Source: Candidatus Ozemobacteraceae bacterium | Lineage (GTDB): Bacteria > Muiribacteriota > Ozemobacteria > Ozemobacterales > Ozemobacteraceae | Assembly (NCBI GenBank): GCA_035373905.1 | Contig: DAOSOK010000006.1 | Coordinates: 17,102 to 81,101, forward strand | Reading direction: 5' to 3' | DNA: 64,000 nucleotides | Shown here: in pieces, positions 1-8,600 of the stretch | Layout: each line of letters begins with the position of its first letter | Position numbering within the stretch: position 1 is the first letter of the stretch | Position numbers and translations under genes: made by a program | The notes under the pieces: generated by a model | Told to the model about the DNA's origin: nothing | Seen by the model: the letters and a program-made list of their open reading frames with translations, nothing else | Database searches by the model: none

Positions 1-285
1 ACCGCCGATCGTTCGGCCCAGGCCAAGGAAAAGATCACCAAGCGGTATGAGGAACTCAAGGCCCGCATTACGAAACGCCGAGAGCAGTTCGAACAGCGCG
101 CCACGCAGCGCCGCGAAAAATTCCAGCAGCGGATCGCGCATCTGAATGATGCGGACAAGGCAAAGGTCATGTCGGCGTTCGAGTCCGCTCAGAAGGATAT
201 TTCCGCGGAGATCACGAAGATTTCGGCGGAGGTTCAGAAGAAACTCGACGACACCTACCAGAAAGTCCTGGCCAAGTTCAACTGA
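1..285 (+). CDS. 3' end of a coiled-coil/charged hypothetical protein (partial; start lies upstream of the window)
   Basis: Frame-1 ORF runs open from nt 1 to TGA at 283-285. Translation TADRSAQAKEKITKRYEELKARITKRREQFEQ...KVLAKFN is K/E/R-rich and heptad-like. No start codon inside the window. Confidence 0.4.
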   Translation, partial: TADRSAQAKEKITKRYEELKARITKRREQFEQRATQRREKFQQRIAHLNDADKAKVMSAFESAQKDISAEITKISAEVQKKLDDTYQKVLAKFN

Positions 286-348
286 TCGCGCTCGAGCAAG
301 GTTCGCGTATCGCCGGGTCCGGCCGCCAAGGCCGGGCCCGGTTTCTCT

Positions 349-1758
349 TCAGCCGTGATTATCGTCGGACCCGGCGATGCCAAGCCTTTTCATGCGATAC
401 AGCAGGTTCGTCCTCGGAATCTTCAGCTCTTCGGCTGCCTTGCTCTTGACCCCGCCGGACCGTTCGAGCGCCTCGAGAATCATGCGGCGTTCGACGACTT
501 CCAGGGCTTCGGTCAGACCGCTGTCCGGAGACACGGGAGCGGGTGAAGACTGTTCCGCCGACGGCGCGCCGGTTTCGATCGAAGCGATCCCGAAGTCCCG
601 AGGCCCCATGAGGTCCGATTCGGCCATGACGGCGGCACGCTCGATGGCGTTGCGCAGTTCCCGGATGTTTCCTCTCCAGCGGTGGGCGCGCAGGATGGGC
701 AGCAGGGCAGGATCGAGCCTGAGCCCGGGCCTGCCGAATTCCCGCCTGAATTGGCCCAGGAGGTGTTCGAGCAGGAGCGTTATGTCATCGGGGCGCTCCC
801 GGAGCGGCGGCATGGTTATCCGGACGACGGCAAGCCGGTAGAGCAGATCCTCGCGAAATTCTCCCCGGACGGCCATGGATTCCAGATCCCGGTTCGTGGC
901 CGCCACGATGCGGGCCTCGATCCTGATCGGCTTCGAACCGCCGACGCGCACGATTTCCTTTTCCTGGAGAGCCCTCAGAAGCTTCGACTGGAGCTCGAGC
1001 GGAACTTCGCCGACTTCGTCGAGAAACAGCGTGCCGCCGCGGGCCGCTTCGAATCTCCCTATCCGCTTTTCCCGGGCGTCGGTGAAGGCCCCCTTCTCGT
1101 GTCCGAACAGTTCGGACTCGAACAGCGTGGCCGGGATCGAGGCGCAGTTGACGCGCACGAACGGCCCCTCAGCCCACGGCGAAAGGCCGTGGATGGCCCG
1201 GGCCGCCACTTCTTTTCCCGTGCCGGTTTCGCCGCACAGCAGGACCGTCGAGGGAAAAACCGCCGCCTTGCGTATCAGGCCTTTCACGGTTTTCATGCCG
1301 TCCGATTCGCCGACCATCGTCGCCAGGGGGTCCTCGAGCCCCTCGATAGCCCGCCACGCGGCGTTGGCTCTCTTGAGCGTGTCGGCCTGTTCGGCCGATC
1401 GTCGGCGTTCGGCGACGCGCGCGATCCGAAAGGCGAACTCCTCGAGCGGCACCGGCTTGGTGAGGTAATCGAGCGCGCCGAGTTTCATCGCGGCGACGGC
1501 CGTTTCGATGGTGCTGAACGCCGTCATGAGGATGACTTCGGCGGGTTTCTCGGCTTCGCGGGCGGCGCGGATCACCTCGAGCCCTTCGCCGTCGGGGAGT
1601 TTCAGATCGGTGATGACCAGATCGAACGGCCGCGCGGCGATCTCGGAACGGGCCTCGGCGATCGTTCCGACGGGAACGGCGGCATGGCCTTCCTGCCCCA
1701 GAAAGGTGCAGAGACCTTTGACGAGCGAGCGGTTATCGTCGACGACGAGAATGTTCAT
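349..1758 (-). CDS. Sigma-54-dependent two-component response regulator (NtrC/AtoC family)
   Basis: N-terminal receiver (DLVITDLKLPDGEGLEV). Central AAA+ sigma-54 interaction domain with Walker A GETGTGKE and a GAFTGA-type motif (GAFTDA). C-terminal Fis-type HTH (KSKAAEELKIPRTNLLYRMKRLG). Start ATG overlaps the upstream kinase stop (ATGA). Confidence 0.9.
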   Translation of the reverse strand: MNILVVDDNRSLVKGLCTFLGQEGHAAVPVGTIAEARSEIAARPFDLVITDLKLPDGEGLEVIRAAREAEKPAEVILMTAFSTIETAVAAMKLGALDYLTKPVPLEEFAFRIARVAERRRSAEQADTLKRANAAWRAIEGLEDPLATMVGESDGMKTVKGLIRKAAVFPSTVLLCGETGTGKEVAARAIHGLSPWAEGPFVRVNCASIPATLFESELFGHEKGAFTDAREKRIGRFEAARGGTLFLDEVGEVPLELQSKLLRALQEKEIVRVGGSKPIRIEARIVAATNRDLESMAVRGEFREDLLYRLAVVRITMPPLRERPDDITLLLEHLLGQFRREFGRPGLRLDPALLPILRAHRWRGNIRELRNAIERAAVMAESDLMGPRDFGIASIETGAPSAEQSSPAPVSPDSGLTEALEVVERRMILEALERSGGVKSKAAEELKIPRTNLLYRMKRLGIAGSDDNHG

Positions 1759-3215
1759 GTCCTGACCGGCACCTCGATGAGGAATGCAGCCCCTCCGCCG
1801 GGGGCCGATTCATACCGTATCGACCCATCATGGGCCTCCACGAATTTCCGCACGAGGGCAAGGCCGATCCCGTGCCCGCCGGGTCTGCCCGTCGCGAACG
1901 GCGTGAACAGCCTTGGCACGAGCTCCTGAGGAACTCCGGGGCCGGCGTCGGCGAACGAGAAGCATACCATATCATTTTTACGATATATGTCTATATTCAT
2001 TTCAACGGGCTTCGGATAACATGCGGAAACGGCATTGTCGATCAGATTTTCGGCGATCTGCCGCCACATCATGATATCACCCTCGACCTCGACCTCAGGA
2101 CACCGGATATCGACCCGGCCGCCCGTGGGCACTCTCGCGGAAATTGCGTCACGGAGAAGGTCCGCAGGCCGGAACCGCTCACGCACGGGCTTCACGTCGC
2201 GCGAATAGCCCAGGAACCTGTCCACGAGGATTTTCAGCTGTTCCAGTTGTCCCTGGATTTCCTTGAACGGCTCGGCATCGGCGCCCTCTGGCAGGTATTT
2301 TCGCTTCAACAACCCTAGGTGCATCCCGATGGCTGAGAGCGGATTCCGCACCTCGTGGGCGATGGCGCTTCCCATGAGCGCGAGTTCGCGGATCCTCTCC
2401 GCGTGGATGTTTCGCAATTGCGTCTCGCGCTCGGACAGGCGCTCGTACAATCGGCACAACCCTTCGCGAAGCCGGTCGAGCTCGAAGATTCCGAGAGGTT
2501 CGGAAGTCGGCGGCTCATTCCTGCCGATGCGCTCGAGGCTCGTCACCAGCATGCCGACCCTGCGCGACACGCTTCCGGCGAGGAACATGGCGGCAACGAC
2601 ACACAGGGGAACGGCCCACAGCAACGCGGAAACGGCCGCACGCCCGATCACCCCGAACAACTCCATATACCTGAGGTCTGCCTCGACGCCCACGACGCCG
2701 CTCAGGATCCCGTCGCGATCGAGGCGGGGAACCAGCACGATCTTGCACCTGCGCGCCACGTTCAGCATCCCCGGATCTGGAAAGAACGCGCGTCCCTCCT
2801 CGAGCGCAAACATGCCGTCCTCGATCAGGTCGTCGACGTCCTCGATGGAGGGAGGCAGGAGGTCCGTCTCCCCGGGCATTTTCACGGAATACGACGCAAC
2901 GAACCGCGGGCTGTGATCACGGAACTCCACCCAGTATACGTTGTTGATCCAGGCCGCAGTTCCTCCCGCGGAAAGCAGTCGTTCGAGATCGGACGACAAG
3001 TCGCCCCCGGTTTGCTCGCGAATACGCGAGTTCCATTCCGCCATCAGCCGTCGCGCCATCGCTTCCAGGTTCCGACCGGCCTCGTCGTCCAGGAGAGCAA
3101 ACGACTGCCTGTATAGCAGAGCCGCCGACACGAGAAGAAGCGCGAAAGCGATTCCGAGCATCGTCGCGAACAGACGTCCGAACAGCGATCTCGGTAGCAG
3201 CCTCAGGCGCGGCAT
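1755..3215 (-). CDS. Sensor histidine kinase (membrane-anchored, HisKA + HATPase_c)
   Basis: N-terminal TM segment. H-box HEVRNPLSAIGMHLGLL. C-terminal ATPase region with G-box-like GPGVP...GGHGIGLALV. Translationally coupled to the downstream sigma-54 regulator. Confidence 0.85.
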   Translation of the reverse strand: MPRLRLLPRSLFGRLFATMLGIAFALLLVSAALLYRQSFALLDDEAGRNLEAMARRLMAEWNSRIREQTGGDLSSDLERLLSAGGTAAWINNVYWVEFRDHSPRFVASYSVKMPGETDLLPPSIEDVDDLIEDGMFALEEGRAFFPDPGMLNVARRCKIVLVPRLDRDGILSGVVGVEADLRYMELFGVIGRAAVSALLWAVPLCVVAAMFLAGSVSRRVGMLVTSLERIGRNEPPTSEPLGIFELDRLREGLCRLYERLSERETQLRNIHAERIRELALMGSAIAHEVRNPLSAIGMHLGLLKRKYLPEGADAEPFKEIQGQLEQLKILVDRFLGYSRDVKPVRERFRPADLLRDAISARVPTGGRVDIRCPEVEVEGDIMMWRQIAENLIDNAVSACYPKPVEMNIDIYRKNDMVCFSFADAGPGVPQELVPRLFTPFATGRPGGHGIGLALVRKFVEAHDGSIRYESAPGGGAAFLIEVPVRT

Positions 3216-3227
3216 GGAGGCGCCCGG

Positions 3228-4970
3228 TTATAAGGTCGCTTCCACTTCTTTCCAGCCGATCAACTCTTTCATGACGGCCATATTATATTTCGTTCCGTAT
3301 CGAACCGGCTTGTCGACCATGTAGTCGTAACTCGACTGGGAAAGGATTTCCTGCCAGTTGTAATAGGTGACCTTGATGTCGTTCGGCATCTTGCGCCGGT
3401 CGAAATAATCGGTCGAAAGGTTCCCGACCACGTGCAGGTTGATCATCTTCTGCATCTTCGACTCGGTGTCCAGTTCGAACCCGCCGGCGGCATGAAAGCA
3501 GCCTTCCCATCGCGGGCTCACGTTGACGAAGGGATGCGTGACGCCAAGCCGCGACCAGTCGCTGTCGTGATGGGGCTTGTAGACGATCTTGCCGGTCGTC
3601 GGATTCTCGGTCGAGGTATCGCGCTCCTTGTCGCGGATGGCGATGATGCCGAGCGCCGACTTGCTGCCGTCGTCGTCGGTCATGGTCAGGATGTCGCCGC
3701 CGACGTAGACGTTCCCCTCGACGACGAGCAGGCCTTTGCCCTTCATCCATCCCTCTATATATACATCGCCCTTTATATATGTCAGACCATTGATCTCGAC
3801 GGCGTGCGACGTGTCGTGCGCACGCGTCGGATTGCCGAGAAACCGCGTGATCTTGTTCGGCACATTCCGCCAGTCGCCCCAGCCGTAGAGGGGAACCACC
3901 TTCCGGTAGGTCACCTCGTTGCGGCCGAACGCCTCGCGGAAATTCACATCGGTGAAGTATTTCGCCTGGCTCGGCGTCTTCTCGGGGTCGACCATCCTGT
4001 TCGACAGACGACGGTACACGTCCTCGTCGTACAGGTTGATCTTGCTCGTCTCGTAAGCCTGGACTTTTTTCGTGTTCGAATTATAGGCCTCATTATTCAC
4101 TTTCGACCACCAGGGCCAGTGGAACAGGCCCATCCACTTATAATACTGTCGCGTCACCGCGTCGTTCTGATACTCGATCGAGTCGGCGCCGGCGAAGTTC
4201 GCGCCGCCGTTCCAGCCCGTCCAGCCGATGCCCATGTCGAGCCAGGGGTTGTCGAGATCCTTGCGAAGGTCGGTCAGCATCAACCACTTGGGAAGATCGA
4301 CCCGGGCGCCGTCGCGCATGAACACCTTGCCGCCCTTCACGGTGAATCCCCATGGATCCCAGAAGTCGAAGGGAAGGATCTTGAAGGAATCCTGGTGAGT
4401 CTTGTTCAGATACAGACCGTGTTCGGGGGCGATCATCCCGACCGAGTTTCCGGGAAACGGCGACTGAACCAGCATGGCGTTGCACGTCTTCTTCACTTCG
4501 ATCTGGCGGCTGGTGCGGTGGTAGGTGCCGCGGGAGTTGATCACGATGAGGCCGCTCCGGAGGACGTCGGGCGGAAGGCCCTTCGCCTCGAGTTCCTTCG
4601 AGGCGTCAGGATTGCGCTTCCAGGTGACGCGCGTCTTGATCTTTCCGTCGCGGATCAGCGGAGGGACGGCAGAATCCTTCCCTTCGAGGCGGGACATGTC
4701 GATGTCGACGCTCCCCTCCTCGCTCTTGGCGATCAGCTTGTAGAAAGCGTTTTCGGGGTCGTTCATCCGGCTCTTGATCGTGAACAGGGCCTCCTCAACG
4801 CCGGCCTCGGCCAACAGCAGGGCGCAGGTGCTGTCCACGTAATTCTCAGTCAGATGGACCTCGCCCCGCATGAAATGGATCATGCCGTAGACGATAATGC
4901 TGATCACGACGATCGTCGCGATCGTAAAAAACAATGCAAGCCCTGAGCGGCGCACCGGTCGACGGATCAT
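3228..4970 (-). CDS. Large PilX/GspK-like (minor pseudopilin-like) protein, membrane-anchored
   Basis: 580 aa. N-terminus RSGLALFFTIATIVVISIIVYGMIHFMRGEVHLTENYVDSTCALLLAEAGVEEAL resembles PilX_N / GspK N-terminal helices (hydrophobic anchor followed by an AEAG motif). Remainder is Trp/Gly-rich with no recognised catalytic motif. AGGAGG RBS immediately upstream. Confidence 0.45.
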   Translation of the reverse strand: MIRRPVRRSGLALFFTIATIVVISIIVYGMIHFMRGEVHLTENYVDSTCALLLAEAGVEEALFTIKSRMNDPENAFYKLIAKSEEGSVDIDMSRLEGKDSAVPPLIRDGKIKTRVTWKRNPDASKELEAKGLPPDVLRSGLIVINSRGTYHRTSRQIEVKKTCNAMLVQSPFPGNSVGMIAPEHGLYLNKTHQDSFKILPFDFWDPWGFTVKGGKVFMRDGARVDLPKWLMLTDLRKDLDNPWLDMGIGWTGWNGGANFAGADSIEYQNDAVTRQYYKWMGLFHWPWWSKVNNEAYNSNTKKVQAYETSKINLYDEDVYRRLSNRMVDPEKTPSQAKYFTDVNFREAFGRNEVTYRKVVPLYGWGDWRNVPNKITRFLGNPTRAHDTSHAVEINGLTYIKGDVYIEGWMKGKGLLVVEGNVYVGGDILTMTDDDGSKSALGIIAIRDKERDTSTENPTTGKIVYKPHHDSDWSRLGVTHPFVNVSPRWEGCFHAAGGFELDTESKMQKMINLHVVGNLSTDYFDRRKMPNDIKVTYYNWQEILSQSSYDYMVDKPVRYGTKYNMAVMKELIGWKEVEATL

Positions 4971-5013
4971 GGCACTACCTCCTGACGGGGCATGAGTAAG
5001 TCCCGTACACTCT

Positions 5014-5043
5014 ATTCTACCAATCGTAGCCCGCCCCCCGCAA
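5014..5043 (-). promoter_or_regulatory. Putative sigma-70-like promoter for the PilX/GspK-like gene (TTGCGG-N18-TAGAAT on the minus strand)
   Basis: Minus-strand sequence gtaTTGCGGggggcgggctacgattggTAGAATagagtg lies about 45 nt upstream of the ATG. Read by eye only; spacer is 18 nt. Confidence 0.3.
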
Positions 5044-5086
5044 TACGAGCGAGGAAATGCCGCTGAAAGATTCTTTCAGGAAACGC

Positions 5087-6001
5087 TCACCGGGCCTCGA
5101 AGGAAACGATATCCCCTTCCGATGCCGTGACGCCCGGCGGAACCGTCGCCATCGAGCCGTCGGGCTGCACGTCCGTGACGCGGACGGTCCCGAGCTCTTT
5201 CTTCGAACACCAGACAACCACGCCTGCGCGGTTACGGATCTCCGTCACCCCATACAAGACGCCTTCCCGGCCCTCCGAGAGGCCGCTCGAGGTTCCCATG
5301 TCGATGACGATGCCCTCCGGGCTGACCGCCTGCACCCGGGCCTCCAGCCGAAACAGGCCGTTCAGGCGCGACATCACCCGATCGAGCGCCTTTCTCGTGG
5401 CCTGGCCGATCATCGACGCGTCGAACTCGGAGGAGCCGAGTTTCAGAGCCGCACCGAGGGCCTTTTTCAGGTCGCCGGCGAGAAGAACCGCTCCGGTCTT
5501 GTCGTGACGGGCTTCGGCATTGTCGGAAAACACGAGCCGGCCGTTCTTCAGATCGATCACTTCGACGCTGAGGCGAACGTATGCCGTGACCTTCGTGTGC
5601 ATGAAGCCGCCGGCGAGCTTGCCTAGGGTCCCGAGTCCGGTGTCCCGCTGGAAATGGCCGAAATCCATCACCTTGCCTCGCAGGATGTAATCGGCGCCCT
5701 GGAACCCGCCCTTGGCCTGGATCGTCGAGACGTCGAAGAAGCCGTCCTGCGCGAGGTTGAGCTCGTCCTTCATCGCCTTCAGTTCTTCCCGTTCGACGAC
5801 GAGCACCTTTCCGGCCTGCATCAGCCGCTGTTTCAGCATTTGAGCGAGCCCCGACCCGATCGGATAGCTGGAATCGAATCCAGACGGGTTCGCGAACGGA
5901 AGGACGGCGATCCGCGGTCGGGCCTCGACCCGGGCCCCGACCACGAGAAAGATTCCGACCATCAGGAGAACCATACGCGCAATTCGACGACACGACCTCA
6001 T
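5087..6001 (-). CDS. CsgG-like periplasmic secretion/assembly component with extra C-terminal domain
   Basis: Signal peptide followed by RIAVLPFANPSG, the IAVLPF motif typical of the CsgG family. 304 aa. No lipobox Cys, so probably a non-lipidated family member. Confidence 0.5.
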   Translation of the reverse strand: MRSCRRIARMVLLMVGIFLVVGARVEARPRIAVLPFANPSGFDSSYPIGSGLAQMLKQRLMQAGKVLVVEREELKAMKDELNLAQDGFFDVSTIQAKGGFQGADYILRGKVMDFGHFQRDTGLGTLGKLAGGFMHTKVTAYVRLSVEVIDLKNGRLVFSDNAEARHDKTGAVLLAGDLKKALGAALKLGSSEFDASMIGQATRKALDRVMSRLNGLFRLEARVQAVSPEGIVIDMGTSSGLSEGREGVLYGVTEIRNRAGVVVWCSKKELGTVRVTDVQPDGSMATVPPGVTASEGDIVSFEAR

Positions 6002-6492
6002 TCAGCCCCCCCGGCTCCGAGAATTTTCCGCAACAACTGCCGGTGACGCCCCGGCCCGAAATGATCCGAAAGGAACTCCACGCTCTCGCATCCGAGCCTC
6101 GAGAGATACAACCCCAGCGCAGGACGGTTTTCCGGATCCACCGTCAGTTCGAGGCTTCTCACTCCTCTGGCCGTCAACGACTCCAGAACCGCATGCATCA
6201 GCATGAAACCGATACCCCGGCGCCGCCACGAGCGCGTCACGGCGAGACTGAAAAGAAACGCCCGCGGTTCCCCCACTCCGCCGATGACGATCGCCTCGCC
6301 GACGATGCCGTCGTCAGGGCGACGGGCGACCCATATTTCGCCGGCCCGTGCCATCAGGGCGAGATTGGGCGCCGTCTGGGCATCGTCCGGGAACGCCTCC
6401 CGCTCGAGCGCCGCGACGCCCTCCACCCCGGCTCGGTCATCGGGCCGGAGCCGGTCAACATCGACAACAGGCGGAGATGCCGTGGGCGCCAT
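5998..6492 (-). CDS. GNAT family N-acetyltransferase (RimI-like)
   Basis: Acetyl-CoA binding motif RRRGIGFMLMHAVLE and ...ENRPALGLYLSRLGCE. Start chosen at MAPTASPP, where ATG overlaps the stop of the upstream beta-propeller gene (ATGA). The 5' extension in the ORF track is Arg-rich and not coding-like. Confidence 0.8.
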   Translation of the reverse strand: MAPTASPPVVDVDRLRPDDRAGVEGVAALEREAFPDDAQTAPNLALMARAGEIWVARRPDDGIVGEAIVIGGVGEPRAFLFSLAVTRSWRRRGIGFMLMHAVLESLTARGVRSLELTVDPENRPALGLYLSRLGCESVEFLSDHFGPGRHRQLLRKILGAGGAE

Positions 6493-8543
6493 CAGACTTC
6501 CAGGAAACCGATCGCGGAAGGCGTGTCCCGACCTTCGGCTCCGGGCGAGTATTTTCCGAACCCGCTCTCGCCGAGAACGTAGACGCTTCCATCGATCCGG
6601 CAGGGGAGCACCTGGAGGATCCTGTCGGGGAACGTCGTTCTTGCCAGCACCCGCCCGTCGGGCGCGACGAGAATCAATTCGTCGATTCCCGTGGCAATCA
6701 CGGCCCCCTGCCTGTTGAGGCACATGCCGGAAACGCCGCCGGTCAGGGGAAGGCGTATCCGCGTTCCGTCGCCGCTCCGGAGGATCGTGACTCCGTCGCC
6801 GGCGGCGCCGCCGATGAACATTGCGTCCTCGGTTTTGTGGATGACGACCTGCTTTGCCCCGCCCTCGACGCTCGCCCGGCGAAGGATGTCGGCCTTTTCG
6901 CCGATCACCAGCACGTCTCCGCTCCGGAGACCCGCGACAAGCTCTTTTCCGGATGCATCCATCCGATGGAACATCGGCTCGGCGGGAAGTTCAATATCGT
7001 GAACAATATTTCCTTCGGGATCGACGCATGCAACCCGACTCTTCCCGACAAGCCTCGCGTAATGCTCGGAACCAAGGAGGGCGGCGACCGTCTCCCCGCA
7101 CTCGATGGTCTTTACGGGTTGTCCGGGATGCCGGTGGTAGTGAACCGTCCCTTTCTCGTCGAGAAGCAGAAGGGCTCCGGATGCGAACAGGTGGGCCGCG
7201 CGGAAGTTTCCGAAAAAGCGGCAGGCCTCGCTTCCGTCGCTCCGAAAGCCGACGACGCCGTTCTTTCCGACCGCGATGGCGAGATCCGCGACGGCTGAAA
7301 CGGCGATATCCGCGACGTCTCCCGCGGGGAGACGCGCGGTCCAGATTTCATCCCCGACGTCGTTCCGGCAGTGAAGGGTATCGCGGCCGTCCCACACCAG
7401 GGCATACTCGATCTGGTCGGCGCCGAGCCAGGTGCGGACGAAGGGCTTCCGGGACGCCCCGGCTCCCCCGGCAAGATCGATCTGCCAGATTTTCCTGAAC
7501 GCGGGAACGCTTGCCCCGTCAGCCGGAGGGGGCTCCACGTCGAGGAACTCGAGGCGGCTGAAGTCGCGGGAAGCCGTCGATACAAGACATCCGACCCGGC
7601 CTTCGGGCGTCGCATACCAGATCGTCTGGCCGTCGCTCGTCAGCCGGGCGCGGATCAGAGGCTCGGGAAACCGGTGTTCCCAGGCGGGCTGGCCTTCGGC
7701 GTTGAGAATGGTCAGAAGGCCTTCCCGGGAATAGAGGAGCGTCTGTTTCGTCTGGTCGGCGTAGGAGACGCCGGAGAAATCCGCATTCAACTTCCCTTTC
7801 CAGATACCGAAGCTCTTCACGCAGTTGATGCAGAAAATACCCTTGCCGCGGTCGAGCGCGACGGTGACCTGTCCGTCGGCGCTGACGGCGAGATCCTGGA
7901 TCGGGTCGAGGCCCATGAATGCGTCGTAATGCCGACCGTCTATCGCCACGGCCTGAAGTCCCTCGCCGCGTTCGTCGCGACAGGCGAACGCGACGGTCAG
8001 CCCGCTCGCCGAGATGTCGAGAGCGGCCGGAACCTTGAGAAGATTCCGGTAGGTCCAGCGTATGCGGCCTTGCCGGTCAGCCAGAACGACGGTCGGCTCG
8101 CGCGTCACGAGGACGATGTAGTGCCCGTCGGAGCTGATGAGCCCGTATACCGCCGGCGCCGGACGCTTCTTCCACTGGATCTGGCCCCTGGCGTCGATCA
8201 GCAGGGAATTGCCGCTGTCATCGACCGCGAGGACGTCGAGCGTATCGGCCAGGCTGATCGTGCGCATGGCGGCCCCGACGAAGGTGCGCCACATCTCCTG
8301 CCCGGCGTGGTCGAGCATGACGACATGCCCCGATACGGTCAGGGCCGCGAGGGCCTTGCGCTCGCTCGTGGCCTGCATCATGCGGATCATGCCGAGCTGT
8401 TTCTGCCACAGTTCCTGGTAGCCAGCCCGCCCCGTCGTACCGATCATCGCCGACTCCGTATCATCCGAGAATCCATTTCGCTTCAGTGTATCCCTGTTCA
8501 TTGCCGGGAGCAAGAGGGGAGTGCGGAACGCACCCGGCTCCAT
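6492..8543 (-). CDS. PQQ-like beta-propeller repeat protein
   Basis: 683 aa of reiterated units of about 40 aa of the form 'DG.v..ld..G...W' (for example LLIDARGQIQWKK, VLADRQGRIRWTY, TILNAEGQPAWEH). No catalytic motif recognised. Confidence 0.6.
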   Translation of the reverse strand: MEPGAFRTPLLLPAMNRDTLKRNGFSDDTESAMIGTTGRAGYQELWQKQLGMIRMMQATSERKALAALTVSGHVVMLDHAGQEMWRTFVGAAMRTISLADTLDVLAVDDSGNSLLIDARGQIQWKKRPAPAVYGLISSDGHYIVLVTREPTVVLADRQGRIRWTYRNLLKVPAALDISASGLTVAFACRDERGEGLQAVAIDGRHYDAFMGLDPIQDLAVSADGQVTVALDRGKGIFCINCVKSFGIWKGKLNADFSGVSYADQTKQTLLYSREGLLTILNAEGQPAWEHRFPEPLIRARLTSDGQTIWYATPEGRVGCLVSTASRDFSRLEFLDVEPPPADGASVPAFRKIWQIDLAGGAGASRKPFVRTWLGADQIEYALVWDGRDTLHCRNDVGDEIWTARLPAGDVADIAVSAVADLAIAVGKNGVVGFRSDGSEACRFFGNFRAAHLFASGALLLLDEKGTVHYHRHPGQPVKTIECGETVAALLGSEHYARLVGKSRVACVDPEGNIVHDIELPAEPMFHRMDASGKELVAGLRSGDVLVIGEKADILRRASVEGGAKQVVIHKTEDAMFIGGAAGDGVTILRSGDGTRIRLPLTGGVSGMCLNRQGAVIATGIDELILVAPDGRVLARTTFPDRILQVLPCRIDGSVYVLGESGFGKYSPGAEGRDTPSAIGFLEV

Positions 8544-8600
8544 GCTATACTAAAGACCGCGCACTCGCGGATCACTCAATCGACAGAGGAGACGTCGAAC

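Noticed and set aside
682-1929. 415-aa plus-strand ORF (and similar long ORFs 3432-4946+, 18643-20820+, 20864-24124+, 23938-26751+, 26660-28195+, 29086-31035+, 58740-60767+, 12449-14006-)
   Set aside because: All are antisense or shadow frames over genes with clear homology-level signatures on the other strand. Their Arg/Gly/Asp-rich, low-complexity translations are typical of high-GC shadow ORFs.
7371-8600. 5' extension of the 870-aa plus ORF upstream of the lipoprotein gene
   Set aside because: It is antisense to the beta-propeller gene. The lipoprotein signal peptide and lipobox begin at the Met at 8601.
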